Assembly (NCBI GenBank): GCA_050014495.1
Contig: JBEKDF010000016.1
Coordinates: forward strand, 1 to 63,324
DNA: 63,324 nucleotides
Source of the DNA: Candidatus Bathyarchaeia archaeon
Lineage (GTDB): Archaea > Thermoproteota > Bathyarchaeia > TCS64
Reading direction: 5' to 3'
Shown: in pieces, positions 18,263 to 28,642 of the stretch
Layout: each line of letters opens with the position of its first letter
Numbering within the stretch: the stretch's first letter is position 1
Made by a program: the position numbers and the translations under genes
The notes under the pieces: model-generated
The model's database searches: none
Told to the model about the DNA's origin: nothing
Seen by the model: only the letters and a program-made list of their open reading frames with translations

Positions 18263-19348
18263 ATGGCGAAGATTGTTGTGCTATACGACTCATGGTCGAA
18301 GGCCGACGCCAAGAAGATCTGGGAAGAGATGCTCAGAGACAACCTCGGCTCAGACTATTCCAAACATAATATTGTCTACGTTGAAAACCGCGCAGGAGCT
18401 TTCAAGTGGTCAACGGAGGTCAGGGAGAACGTGAAGGAAGCGTTCGGTGACCCCGAGTTCATCAAGGAGAGCATCAAGGATGCGGAGGTGGTGTTGAGCG
18501 GCTTTGCGCCAATGACGGCCTCCATCATGGATGCAAGCCCCGCTCTGAAGGTGATCGGAATCGCACGCGGGGGGCCCGTGAACGTCGACGTTGCCTCCGC
18601 TACGGCACGTGGGGTGATGCTCATTGGCACAGTGGGTCGGAACGCCATCTCAGTCGCGGATCAGACTATGGGACTCATACTCTCCGAGTCACGTCATATA
18701 GCCCGGCTCAGTATGGCACTGAAGACTGGTACGTACTTCACCGATGTCAATAAGCTTGGCAGAAAGTACCTGGAGGGATATGCCTTCCAAGAGCTAGAGA
18801 GCAAGACCCTCGGTTTAATAGGGTTCGGCGAGGTGGGTAGGCGCGTCGCTAAGAGAGCGCACTCATTCGACATGAAGGTGCAGGTCTTCGATCCCTACAT
18901 CACCACAGAGGCGCTTATGAAGGATGAATGCACGAAGACTGAGCTGGAGCCACTACTGAGGACATCTGATTTCATCTCGATACACGCCAAACTAACTCCC
19001 GAAACGACACACATGCTCAACAAGGAGCGTCTCGATTTGATGAAACCCTCCGCCGTTATAGTCAACACTGCGAGGGGAGAGATCATCGACGAGAAGGCAC
19101 TTTACGAGGCATTAATGGAGAAGAGGATAGCTGGCGCCGCACTCGACGTCTTCGAGGAGGACCCTGTCAAGCCAGATAACCTCCTGCTCAAACTGGACAA
19201 TGTTACAGCGACACCCCACACCGCGGGGCGATCCCCAGAGGTGGAGAGACGCGGCTACCAACAGGTAGCCGAGGCGACAGCCAAGTATCTCTGGGGCGAG
19301 GAGATCCGGAGAGCACAGATAGCCAACCCCAAGGTGCTGGAGCGTTGA
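18263..19348 (+). CDS. D-isomer-specific 2-hydroxyacid dehydrogenase (SerA-like)
   Basis: GLIGFGEVG, VNTARG, AALDVF, TPHTAG. Confidence 0.93.
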   Translation: MAKIVVLYDSWSKADAKKIWEEMLRDNLGSDYSKHNIVYVENRAGAFKWSTEVRENVKEAFGDPEFIKESIKDAEVVLSGFAPMTASIMDASPALKVIGIARGGPVNVDVASATARGVMLIGTVGRNAISVADQTMGLILSESRHIARLSMALKTGTYFTDVNKLGRKYLEGYAFQELESKTLGLIGFGEVGRRVAKRAHSFDMKVQVFDPYITTEALMKDECTKTELEPLLRTSDFISIHAKLTPETTHMLNKERLDLMKPSAVIVNTARGEIIDEKALYEALMEKRIAGAALDVFEEDPVKPDNLLLKLDNVTATPHTAGRSPEVERRGYQQVAEATAKYLWGEEIRRAQIANPKVLER

Positions 19349-19354
19349 ATCTGA

Positions 19355-20842
19355 TTGCCCACGGAATACCTGATGGCAATAGACTGCGGCTCAGGCGGCG
19401 TGAAGTGCTTTCTAGTCGACACGAATGGTAAGATAAAATCATACTCGGGCGTCGAGTGGGATAGAGACGACTGGAACACAGATATCGGCTGGCTAAGCAT
19501 AAAGAAAGCCATCAGAAAGGCCCTCACTGAGTCACATATAGAACCTGGTGAGGTCGCAGGGATCAGCACAACAAGCATGAGAGAGGAGTTTGTCCTCCTC
19601 GACAAACGGGGGAAGGAGATATTGCTCAAGTTCACCCCAGACATCTACGACCACGGGGATGAGCTGAACAAACGCCTCGGCGAAAAGATGTACCGCTACT
19701 CTGGGCACTGGCCCGTCTCCGGGTGGATAGCCGCCGCCAAACTGGCGTGGTTAAAGGATAAACATCCCGAAGTGCTTGCTCGGGCAAACCTGTTCCTAAT
19801 GATCAACGACTGGGCCGGCTACATGTTGGGTGGTACGCCATACACCGAGGGTTCAAGTGCCTGCGAGACGAGTCTCTTCGACGTCAAGAAGGGGGACTGG
19901 GCGTGGGAACTGTTGGACGAGCTGAATCTCCCCTCGGATATCTTCCCAGAGGTAAAGAAAAACGCCACTCAGGTGGCTCAGATCACGAGGAAGGCCGCGA
20001 AGGGCACAACCCTAAACGAAGGTACACCCGTAGCCGTGGGTGGCGCTGACACACAGTGTGGGCTCATAGGATGCGGCGCGATAAACCCAGGCGACGTAGT
20101 AGTCGTCGGCGGAACAACAACGCCAGTCCAGATGGTAACCGAGAAGCCAGTGTTCGATAAGAAGGGCCGAACGTGGACCAACATGCATGTGGTCGATGAT
20201 AAATGGATACTGGAGAGCAACGCGGGCCGCACAGGGTGGGTCTACAGATGGTTCAGAGACAATATACTCTGCGAGAAACCATCCCCGAGGATCTACGAGA
20301 CCATGAACGCCCTAGCCGCCGAATCTCCACCCGGCTCCAACAGTGTCAAGGTCTACATGGGGCCACACGTCTTCAACGCCGGGCCACCCTACTGGAAGGG
20401 CGACACACTCGGCGACTCTCCTATCCCACCTGCAATACTCGGTTCCTCGAAGTTCACGCGAGGCGACCTCGCAAGAGCGATACTCGAAGCGAACTGCTTC
20501 GCTGTCAAGGCGAACTTAGAACAGCTCACGGAGATAACCGGCAGAAAGGCGAGCAAGCTCGGCTTCTGCGGGGGAAATTCAAAGGCCGAGATCTGGAACA
20601 GGATCCAATCCGCTGTCATCGGAATACCAGTCTCCGTACCAAAGGAGAGAGATGCCACGGCGGTCGGAGCCTCCATATGCGCCGCCGTAGGCGCAAGCAT
20701 CTATAGTGACATCACGAAGGCAGTCAAAGAGATGGTGCACATGGAGAAGCCAATAGAAGCCGACGTGGCACTCACCAAGGAATACGATAAACTATACCAC
20801 TCGTGGGTTGAGACCCGCCGACGCCTTTCGGGAGTCTTATAA
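19355..20842 (+). CDS. FGGY-family carbohydrate kinase
   Basis: AIDCGSGGVK, GGADTQCG, CGGNSK, TAVGASICAAVG. Confidence 0.93.
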   Translation: MPTEYLMAIDCGSGGVKCFLVDTNGKIKSYSGVEWDRDDWNTDIGWLSIKKAIRKALTESHIEPGEVAGISTTSMREEFVLLDKRGKEILLKFTPDIYDHGDELNKRLGEKMYRYSGHWPVSGWIAAAKLAWLKDKHPEVLARANLFLMINDWAGYMLGGTPYTEGSSACETSLFDVKKGDWAWELLDELNLPSDIFPEVKKNATQVAQITRKAAKGTTLNEGTPVAVGGADTQCGLIGCGAINPGDVVVVGGTTTPVQMVTEKPVFDKKGRTWTNMHVVDDKWILESNAGRTGWVYRWFRDNILCEKPSPRIYETMNALAAESPPGSNSVKVYMGPHVFNAGPPYWKGDTLGDSPIPPAILGSSKFTRGDLARAILEANCFAVKANLEQLTEITGRKASKLGFCGGNSKAEIWNRIQSAVIGIPVSVPKERDATAVGASICAAVGASIYSDITKAVKEMVHMEKPIEADVALTKEYDKLYHSWVETRRRLSGVL

Positions 20843-20873
20843 GAGTGCAGCCTACGTGGCGTATTGACTTACT

Positions 20874-21536
20874 ATGGACACCATCGAGAAGGATCTTAGG
20901 GAGCGCCTCGCCAAAGTCGGCAGGCAGATATTCGCCGAGAAGCTGACACACGGCGCATCGGGGAACATCAGCGCCCGAATCCCAGGCACGAATAAGTGCA
21001 TAATCAAACCCACCGGATACAGCTTCGGGGACCTGTTACCTCACCACTTCATCGTAGTCGACATAGACACCCGGAAGGTCCTCGAGGGGAAGGAGAAGCC
21101 GAGCATAGAGACACCGTTTCATACAAAGCTCTACAAGCAGTGGCCCGAGGCTGGCGGTGTCGTACACGTCCACCCCCATTACTCGACAATTCTCTCCATC
21201 ATAGGCGAGGAGATCATACCAATGGGGATCGAGATAACTGAAGCCCCAGCACTCGCCAAGGGCATACCCGTCTCGAAGTTCGCGCCACCGGGCACCGACG
21301 AGTTGGCAGACAACCTCGTTGAGGCGATGAAGGACCACATCGCCGCTCTTATGCCTCACCACGGATTAACGACCATAGGGAAGACCATCGAGGAAGCCGC
21401 GACAAACGCCCGCATAGTCGAGTTCTTAGCACAGCTCCACTACGAGGTCATGCTCGTGGGTAAGCCACACCCTCTCCGGGAGGATGTCCTCAATGGACTT
21501 GTGGAGCGAGCGAAGCAGAAGGGGCTACTGGTCTAG
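20874..21536 (+). CDS. Class II aldolase/adducin family (FucA-like)
   Basis: SGNISAR, KPSIETPFH, VVHVHP, LMPHHG. Confidence 0.93.
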   Translation: MDTIEKDLRERLAKVGRQIFAEKLTHGASGNISARIPGTNKCIIKPTGYSFGDLLPHHFIVVDIDTRKVLEGKEKPSIETPFHTKLYKQWPEAGGVVHVHPHYSTILSIIGEEIIPMGIEITEAPALAKGIPVSKFAPPGTDELADNLVEAMKDHIAALMPHHGLTTIGKTIEEAATNARIVEFLAQLHYEVMLVGKPHPLREDVLNGLVERAKQKGLLV

Positions 21537-22565
21537 CGGTTTCCCGCTGTTCTCCCTCTTCTTCATATCCGCGAGCTTGTCCACAAGACTCATTCCCGGC
21601 TGATAATCGCTCAGTGGTTTTACTTCTACAAGCCCCGCCTTCTCCGCGGCGTTAAGGGCAGCTTTCCCCTTCTCCGACCTGACAAGGACGGTGGAGAATC
21701 CCTCTGGTGAACCTACGTTTCCTATTGAGAGGTCCGCAAGTTCAGATGTGTAATCTTGGCATACCCTGCAGCAGGGACGGGACAACTCCTTCAGCTTCCT
21801 TATCTTGACCTCGAATGGTGCCTCCGGCGGCTTATGTGCGATGAATTTACCGCTCTTTATCTCGAACTTCTTAACCTTCCCAGGGTCAACACCCTGCTCC
21901 TTGAGGTATGCCATTAGCTTCTCGTAATTGAATATCTCCATGCAGAATAGTCCAAGTGCGAGAGTGTTGGTCTTCGATGCATTCTTTTGACGCCTCCTGA
22001 GGGCGTGTATCTGGCAGGGAGTACCAATGAACGCCAACTTCTGAAGACCCTCCTTTTCAGCCTGCTTTACCGCCAAAAGCATAGGTGCAGATGTGTACTT
22101 TGTCCCAGCGCATTCAATCACTGTATTATTATCTCTAGCAAGTACTGGCACCGGTAACCAGACCTTCTCCTTATCGAGCCCTGCAACGACAGCGCTAGAG
22201 CCATCATTGAGACAGCTAAGAAGAATCGAGGTTGCCGCCCCTCCATCCTGCGAGTGTTCCTTTACCTCAGGGTTCAACGACCTGACGGCATATGCCCCAA
22301 GAATGATACCATTAGTTGCCTCATCAGGTGACCTATTTCTCCCAAGCGCACATAATTCAGATTCACCGAAGTCGTGCTCTACCCTGGGACATGCCATGTA
22401 ACACTCTCCACAAGCTGTGCATTTCCCCGTAAGCTTGGGGATCCCATCAACAAAGCTTATTGCATCAACAGAGCAAACAGAAACACAAGAGCCACAGGCA
22501 ACGCATCTTTCGGGTTTTATTACCTCGACGAGTAGATGCCCAAAAACTTTAGGTCGATTAGCCAT
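21525..22565 (-). CDS. FrhB/FdhB-family coenzyme F420-binding subunit with N-terminal 2x[4Fe-4S]
   Basis: Two CxxCxxCxxxC motifs, QDGG, AGTKY, GTPCQ, GLFC, CRVC...ADLSIG. Confidence 0.92.
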   Translation of the reverse strand: MANRPKVFGHLLVEVIKPERCVACGSCVSVCSVDAISFVDGIPKLTGKCTACGECYMACPRVEHDFGESELCALGRNRSPDEATNGIILGAYAVRSLNPEVKEHSQDGGAATSILLSCLNDGSSAVVAGLDKEKVWLPVPVLARDNNTVIECAGTKYTSAPMLLAVKQAEKEGLQKLAFIGTPCQIHALRRRQKNASKTNTLALGLFCMEIFNYEKLMAYLKEQGVDPGKVKKFEIKSGKFIAHKPPEAPFEVKIRKLKELSRPCCRVCQDYTSELADLSIGNVGSPEGFSTVLVRSEKGKAALNAAEKAGLVEVKPLSDYQPGMSLVDKLADMKKRENSGKPLDQ

Positions 22566-22712
22566 GATATGAGAATATAGCTGAATCCGTTTAACTATTT
22601 CTTCATAAAAAATATTGAATCACCTGAAGAAAAGGGCAATTCAAAACGGCCTTTATTGTCAATATATTTATTTAACGAAGATATTGGTTGAAACTAGCAG
22701 CTCATTACTATA

Positions 22713-22982
22713 TTGGAGACTAATAAAATGAGTTTCAAGAGATCTAAGCCAATAAGTCCGGAGACATGCCCCGGGATCAAGGACTTCATTAGACCGACAC
22801 TTGCCTACACAAAGTGCGTATCTTGCGGTGGCGACGTTGAGATCTGGAGCGATGAGGACACCGGTGTATGTCTGAAATGTGGAAAAATATGGCCAAGGCC
22901 AGATGACAACGCATCCTGCTTAGATTACTGTGATTACGCCAATAAATGCAGAGAAATCATCAAGGCACACACAACTAAATAA
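22713..22982 (+). CDS. Small Cys-rich metal-binding protein
   Basis: CPG...CVSCGGDVEIWSDE...CLKCG...SCLDYCDYANKC. Confidence 0.8.
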   Translation: METNKMSFKRSKPISPETCPGIKDFIRPTLAYTKCVSCGGDVEIWSDEDTGVCLKCGKIWPRPDDNASCLDYCDYANKCREIIKAHTTK

Positions 22983-23083
22983 ATTCGGAGCTTATCCTTT
23001 TACGTCTTAAATCGAAAATATATCTGTCTCATATGGGTAAAGTATTATTCAGGTTATTGATTACTTCTTTAACGTGGTAGATA

Positions 23084-23914
23084 ATGGTTTTAATCGGATT
23101 CCTTAAGGTAGGCAACATAGCGACCGCACCAATGATCGAGCTTCTTCTCGACGAGAGGGCTGAAAGAGAAGACATGGAAGTAAGAGTCGTCTCCTCAGGG
23201 GCTAACATGGGTTCTAAACAATCGGAGGAAGTTGCAAAAATCATAGTTGGTCTTAAACCAGACTTGGTGTTTGTGACGAGCCCTAACGCCAGTACAAAAG
23301 GACCGACAAAAGCGAGGGAGTTGATATCGGCCTCCGGTATTCCAGTAGTAGTAGTCTCCGATGGGCCAAAAGGCCTAATTGAGGAGCTTCAGGGCAAAGG
23401 AATGGGCTGTATAATAGTTGAAGCCGACTCGATGATCGGGGCACGCAGGGAGTTTCTTGACCCGATTGAGATGGCCATCTTCAACGCAGATACCATCAAG
23501 GTACTCTCAGTTACAGGAGTCTATAGCTTAATTTACCAGACGATCGACGCCCTAATCAAACAATTGAAGTCGAATGAGAAACTTGAATTACCCTTATTGA
23601 ACATCACCCGTGAAAAAGCGCTAAAAGTCTCAGGGCTATCAAACCCATACTCATTGGCAAAGGCAGGGGCATCCTATGAGATGGCGAAGCGCGTCTCATA
23701 TCTCACCAGCGAGGCTTGCTTTAAGGAAAAAGATTGGACAATTTATACAGCTCTTTGCGCAACAGCCCATGAACTCATGAGAACAGCGGCTTCGGTTGCA
23801 GATGAGGTCAGGGAAATTGAAAAGTACGGAGACAATGTAACGCGTAAACCACACTACGACGATGGGTCTCAGCTATTAAAGAAGAGACTAATCGAAAAAC
23901 CAGAGAAACAATAA
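23084..23914 (+). CDS. mtd: F420-dependent methylene-H4MPT dehydrogenase
   Basis: KVGNIA, LLDERAERED, SPNA, DSMIGARREFLDPIEMA. Confidence 0.96.
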   Translation: MVLIGFLKVGNIATAPMIELLLDERAEREDMEVRVVSSGANMGSKQSEEVAKIIVGLKPDLVFVTSPNASTKGPTKARELISASGIPVVVVSDGPKGLIEELQGKGMGCIIVEADSMIGARREFLDPIEMAIFNADTIKVLSVTGVYSLIYQTIDALIKQLKSNEKLELPLLNITREKALKVSGLSNPYSLAKAGASYEMAKRVSYLTSEACFKEKDWTIYTALCATAHELMRTAASVADEVREIEKYGDNVTRKPHYDDGSQLLKKRLIEKPEKQ

Positions 23915-24033
23915 TCGATTTTCTTACCTTTATTTAATAGAATAATATTACCAATAATAGCTCCAGTTTTTAATAACCAAAGAAAATTCATGAACCTTTT
24001 TATTTTTGATGTTTTCTAATACATAGGCACCAG

Positions 24034-26157
24034 ATGTCTCAGATAACTACGAGCTCGAATCTTAACGCCATATTCCATCCTAAATCAGTCGCCATAATAG
24101 GTGCCTCAAGGACACCTGGTAAAGTCGGCTACATATTAACGGAGAATATTATCAACTCTGGGTTCAAAGGAGAAATCTACCCGGTGAATCCCGGGGTAGA
24201 CGAAATTCTCGGATTGAAGTGTTACCCATCTATACTCGATGTTCCAAACGATGTGGATCTATCCGTGATCACCATCCCTTCAGCCTCAGTACTGCAGGTA
24301 GCTGAAGAATGTGGAAAGAAGGGCGTCAAGGCTCTAGTTGTGATATCCGCGGGTTTCAAGGAGACCGGACATGAAGGCGCAGTCCTAGAGCAACAACTCG
24401 TTGAGATAGGTAAGCGATATGGAATGCGGATCCAGGGGCCCAACTGTCTCGGTTTAATAAGCACAACGACGCCATTGAACCTAAGTTTTGCCGCTGATAT
24501 GCCGCGACGAGGAAAGATAGGTTTCATTTCCCAAAGCGGTGCACTCGGGACAGCTGTACTTGACTGGGTCATTAAAGAGAATATGGGCTTTCATAGCTTC
24601 ATCAGTCTAGGAAATAAGGCTGACCTCAACGAGATCGACTTTCTGGAAGCAATGAGTGAGGACGACGAAGTCTCAGTCATCCTCCTTTATCTCGAGTCGA
24701 TTGAGGAGGGTAGAAAGTTCCTCGAAGCTTCCACACGAGCTGTTAAGAAGAAACCCATCGTTGTCCTTAAGGGCGGAACATCCTCAGCCGGCGCCAGGGC
24801 AGCGGGGAGTCACACGGGAGCACTCGTCGGAAGCTTCCTCTCATATCAAACCGCATTCAACAAGGCAGGTGTGATTCTAGCCAACAGTATTGAGGAACTC
24901 TTTGACTATGGCTTAGCATTCACGGAGCAACCCTTACCAAAAGGCGAGGGGATAGCCATAATTACAAACGCTGGAGGGCCTGGTATCCTCGCGACTGATC
25001 TCAGTGAGAAGCTTGGCGTCAAGATCTCCTCGATCTCGAGCGAGCTTCAAAGTAGACTCCGTAAGAGCCTTCCACCCGCATCAGCAACAGGTAATCCTAT
25101 AGATGTCCTGGGTGACGCGAAGGCGGACCGATACGCACTCGCCTTCGACGAGGTCATAAAAGACGATGGCATCAATGCCGTAATCATCCTTCTAACACCT
25201 CAGGCTATGACGGAGAGCTTGGAAACTGCAAAGAACATTGTTAAGATTAAGCAGTCCATAAACCAGAAACCCATTCTAACCGTCTTCATGGGAGGCAAGA
25301 TGGTTGATGAGGCTACACGCTACTTAATGAATAACGGAATTCCCTGCTTCGACTTTCCTGAGAAAGCAATTCAAACGATATCAGCAATGTATCGATATTC
25401 ACGCTTTTTGAAGCTTCCCGTCTATCCCTTACAGAGATTCGATGACGTCGACGCGAACATAGTGAATAAGGTGATAAAGGCTGCTCGAATGGATAACAGA
25501 GTTGTGCTCCTCTCAACAGAAGCCGCAGACGTCGTGGAAGCCTATGGCATTCCAGTTCCTCCGAATAAGCTAGCTGAAAATGCAGACAAGGCAGTTGAAT
25601 GCGCAGAGAAGCTCGGATACCCCGTTGTCCTAAGGGTCGTCTCCCCAGATATCCTCCATAAAACAGACGTCGGCGGTGTAGCCTTGAACCTAAACTCGCC
25701 CACCGATGTGAAAACAGCATTCGATCAAATGATGACCAGCGTCAATAAATTCATGCCACACGCAAGAATCTACGGTGTAATGGTCTACAAAATGATCCCG
25801 AGGGGTCGTGAGATGATCATCGGCATGAGCCAAGATGTACAATTTGGTCCCCTACTCATGTTTGGCCTTGGAGGAATATATGTTAATTTCCTGAAAGACG
25901 TCTCCTTCCGCCTAGCCCCCCTCACAGACCATGAGGCCACTGAGATGATGGAAGACACGAAGGCTTATACTTTATTGAAGGGGATCAGGGGAGAGGATCC
26001 TTCCGACCTATCTGCGCTTAAGGATATGATCCTTAGGGTGAGCCAACTGGTCACTGACTTCTCAGAAATTGTTGAGATGGACATCAATCCCGTAATTGTA
26101 TATAAGGCTGGAGAGGGTGCCTACGCCCTCGATGTGAAGATCACCTTGTCAAAATAA
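24034..26157 (+). CDS. acd: Acetate--CoA ligase (ADP-forming), fused alpha-beta
   Basis: GPNCLG, SQSGALG, LGNKAD, AGSHTGAL phospho-His, NAGGPG, HKTDVGGV ATP-grasp. Confidence 0.93.
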   Translation: MSQITTSSNLNAIFHPKSVAIIGASRTPGKVGYILTENIINSGFKGEIYPVNPGVDEILGLKCYPSILDVPNDVDLSVITIPSASVLQVAEECGKKGVKALVVISAGFKETGHEGAVLEQQLVEIGKRYGMRIQGPNCLGLISTTTPLNLSFAADMPRRGKIGFISQSGALGTAVLDWVIKENMGFHSFISLGNKADLNEIDFLEAMSEDDEVSVILLYLESIEEGRKFLEASTRAVKKKPIVVLKGGTSSAGARAAGSHTGALVGSFLSYQTAFNKAGVILANSIEELFDYGLAFTEQPLPKGEGIAIITNAGGPGILATDLSEKLGVKISSISSELQSRLRKSLPPASATGNPIDVLGDAKADRYALAFDEVIKDDGINAVIILLTPQAMTESLETAKNIVKIKQSINQKPILTVFMGGKMVDEATRYLMNNGIPCFDFPEKAIQTISAMYRYSRFLKLPVYPLQRFDDVDANIVNKVIKAARMDNRVVLLSTEAADVVEAYGIPVPPNKLAENADKAVECAEKLGYPVVLRVVSPDILHKTDVGGVALNLNSPTDVKTAFDQMMTSVNKFMPHARIYGVMVYKMIPRGREMIIGMSQDVQFGPLLMFGLGGIYVNFLKDVSFRLAPLTDHEATEMMEDTKAYTLLKGIRGEDPSDLSALKDMILRVSQLVTDFSEIVEMDINPVIVYKAGEGAYALDVKITLSK

Positions 26158-26187
26158 CTATAACTATGAAGTGACATAGTCAAACAT

Positions 26188-27279
26188 ATGGTATATACAC
26201 TCTATATTGCAGGAACTAAGTTTAGCGGGAAGACTGCCCTTTGTCTTGGTCTCTATAATACATTTAATGAAATGGGCATGAGGGTCGGGTACTTCAAACC
26301 AATTGGGCAAGGATACAAGATGGTCGACGGCAGGTACGTAGACCCTGACGTTACAATGATGAAGGATGTAATAGGCTTAAGGGAACCGATCGAAGAGATT
26401 TGCCCTGTAGTCCTTGGGAGCCGATACCTAGACCTCATATCCAAGGACTATGTTTCCCTGAAGGCTCGTGTAATGGAATCGTTTGAGAAGGTGAAAAAAG
26501 GTAAGGACATACTCCTCATTGAGGCAGCCCAGACCCCAGAACTGCTTTTCTGCTCAAGCCTCGACGTGGCAACTCTCTCCAAGGAGTTCGACGCCAAGGT
26601 AATACTCTCAGTAAAAGGAGACGGTGATACATGTGCAGATAAAGCCCTGCTTTACAATTATTATATGGCCCAAAGGGGCGTCGATGTCATCGGAACAATC
26701 ATTAACTTCGTCCCATTCCAGCAACTTGAAAGGATGCGAGGAGTAGTATCTGAAGTCCTATGTAAATGTAGTCTAAACGTTTACGGTGTCGTACCAGACC
26801 ATAGAGAACTAACACTCCCCACCGTTCAGGATGTAGTGAACGCCCTAGAAGCTGAGGTCCTATCTGGCAAAGGTAGCCTCGACAGGATAGTCGATAACTA
26901 CCTTGTCGGCGCCATGTCCCCTGAGGCAGCCATGAGCTGGTTGAGACGTGGCGTAGACAGAGCCTTCATCACTGGTGGCGATCGCGCAGATCTTATTCTT
27001 ATGGCACTCGAGACCAAGCCAAGCACCATTATACTCACCGGTAACATCTATCCCTCAGCTCAGGTAATCTCAGCCGCAGAGTCAAAGGGTATCCCTCTTC
27101 TCCTCGTAGCCGATGACACGTTCACAACAGTGACTAAGCTCGAGCCACTTGAAGGCAGAATAATCTCGGTTCCTATGTCTGCTCGTAAGATTCAACTTGC
27201 TCGTAAAATAATGAGCGAGTACATCGATTGGAAGAACATCCTTGAAGGCTATATCGACTTTAAGACAAAAAACAAGTGA
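26188..27279 (+). CDS. BioD-like/DRTGG protein (phosphotransacetylase N-terminal domain family)
   Basis: SGKT, GYFKPIG, ITGGDRADL, IILTG; no Pta catalytic domain. Confidence 0.9.
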   Translation: MVYTLYIAGTKFSGKTALCLGLYNTFNEMGMRVGYFKPIGQGYKMVDGRYVDPDVTMMKDVIGLREPIEEICPVVLGSRYLDLISKDYVSLKARVMESFEKVKKGKDILLIEAAQTPELLFCSSLDVATLSKEFDAKVILSVKGDGDTCADKALLYNYYMAQRGVDVIGTIINFVPFQQLERMRGVVSEVLCKCSLNVYGVVPDHRELTLPTVQDVVNALEAEVLSGKGSLDRIVDNYLVGAMSPEAAMSWLRRGVDRAFITGGDRADLILMALETKPSTIILTGNIYPSAQVISAAESKGIPLLLVADDTFTTVTKLEPLEGRIISVPMSARKIQLARKIMSEYIDWKNILEGYIDFKTKNK

Positions 27280-27297
27280 AAAAGGTGAAAATGATCT

Positions 27298-27594
27298 TTG
27301 AGTGACAAAGACACGAAGACTATCGGAGGCTCAATGGAAGAAACAAAAGAAAGGCACCAACGCTACCTTAGGGCTATGAATAATCCAATTAGGAGGACAA
27401 TATTAAGAGAACTCAAGGGTGGCTCCGCTACACTCGAGGAACTAAAAAATAGAACAGAACTAGATGAAAAAACATTAAGCTGGCACCTAGACATTCTCGA
27501 GTGGGGATATTGCGTAGAGAAGCAAATGAAGGACGACCATGTATACTACCTTCTTACCAAGGAAGGCTCGGTCGTAGACTATGTTGATAAGTGA
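27298..27594 (+). CDS. ArsR-type winged-HTH protein
   Basis: AMNNPIRRTIL, LSWHLDILE, YLLTKEG. Confidence 0.85.
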   Translation: MSDKDTKTIGGSMEETKERHQRYLRAMNNPIRRTILRELKGGSATLEELKNRTELDEKTLSWHLDILEWGYCVEKQMKDDHVYYLLTKEGSVVDYVDK

Positions 27595-27673
27595 CGAATC
27601 ATCGACTCAACTTCATCTACACCTATCGCTAATTCTATAAACAGCTTAGAAATAAGTAGGGACTTGAATTGAT

Positions 27674-28624
27674 TTGCTGAGCCTTAACAAGCTTACGAAG
27701 AAACTGGTAGACAGGCTTCTAGAGAACCCGCAGTACTACAACGTTTTAGTTACAAATCTGCCCTGTGGATCAACAATAATCGACACAGGTCTCGAAGCCA
27801 AAGGAGGATACGAAGCCGGTCTTATGACTACCCGAATAGCCATGGGTGGAGCCGGGGAAGTTAGCCTAGGCTACTCCGACTATGGTGGACTTCAACTACC
27901 CACCATCGTGGTTTCGACGGATCAACCGGCGTGGTCGCTCTTTGGTGCTCAGCTCGCAGGATGGAAAATATCTGTAGAGGATTACACAGCAGACGGCTCA
28001 GGTCCAGCTAGGGCACTGGCCCTCAAACCCAAAAAGGTTTTCCAGAAGATCGAATACAAGGACGAGTCAGACGTCGCGACTATCCTTCTTGAGAGCCAAA
28101 GGAAACCCACGGATGCCGCCGCTAGGTTCATAGCGGAATCCTGCAACGTCAAGCCCGAGAACCTCTTCATGCTTCTCACCTCCACAACTTCGATGTCCGG
28201 CATGGTTCAGATCTCGGGAAGGGTTGTGGAGACGGGGCTCTTCAGGCTCGATGTTCTTGGTATAGACCTAAAGAAGGTGAGGTATGGGGTCGGCTACGCC
28301 CCTATCATGCCACCGCACGTAGATGGAGGGAAGGCTATGGGACGTGCCGAGGACGCCCTGACCTACGGTGGCGTCACAAGTTTCGTTGTGGATGAAGAGG
28401 AGCAAATTCTAATGGATCTAGCAAGCAGAACCCCATCGAGTAACTGCAAGGATTATGGGAGGACCTCATACGAGATATACAGTGAAGTAAACTTCGACTT
28501 CACAAAAATCGATCCAGCACTCTTCGCTCCTGCAGCGGTCACTTTAGTATGCTCGAAGACAGGAAGAGTATTCTATAATGGGACAATAAACAACGATATT
28601 CTAAAACTGTCTCTCAAAGGTTAA
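27674..28624 (+). CDS. mch: Methenyl-H4MPT cyclohydrolase
   Basis: AQLAGW, GSGPARALA, QISGRVVETG, DFTKIDPALFAPA. Confidence 0.96.
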   Translation: MLSLNKLTKKLVDRLLENPQYYNVLVTNLPCGSTIIDTGLEAKGGYEAGLMTTRIAMGGAGEVSLGYSDYGGLQLPTIVVSTDQPAWSLFGAQLAGWKISVEDYTADGSGPARALALKPKKVFQKIEYKDESDVATILLESQRKPTDAAARFIAESCNVKPENLFMLLTSTTSMSGMVQISGRVVETGLFRLDVLGIDLKKVRYGVGYAPIMPPHVDGGKAMGRAEDALTYGGVTSFVVDEEEQILMDLASRTPSSNCKDYGRTSYEIYSEVNFDFTKIDPALFAPAAVTLVCSKTGRVFYNGTINNDILKLSLKG

Positions 28625-28642
28625 GTTAAACTGTGGTTCTGC

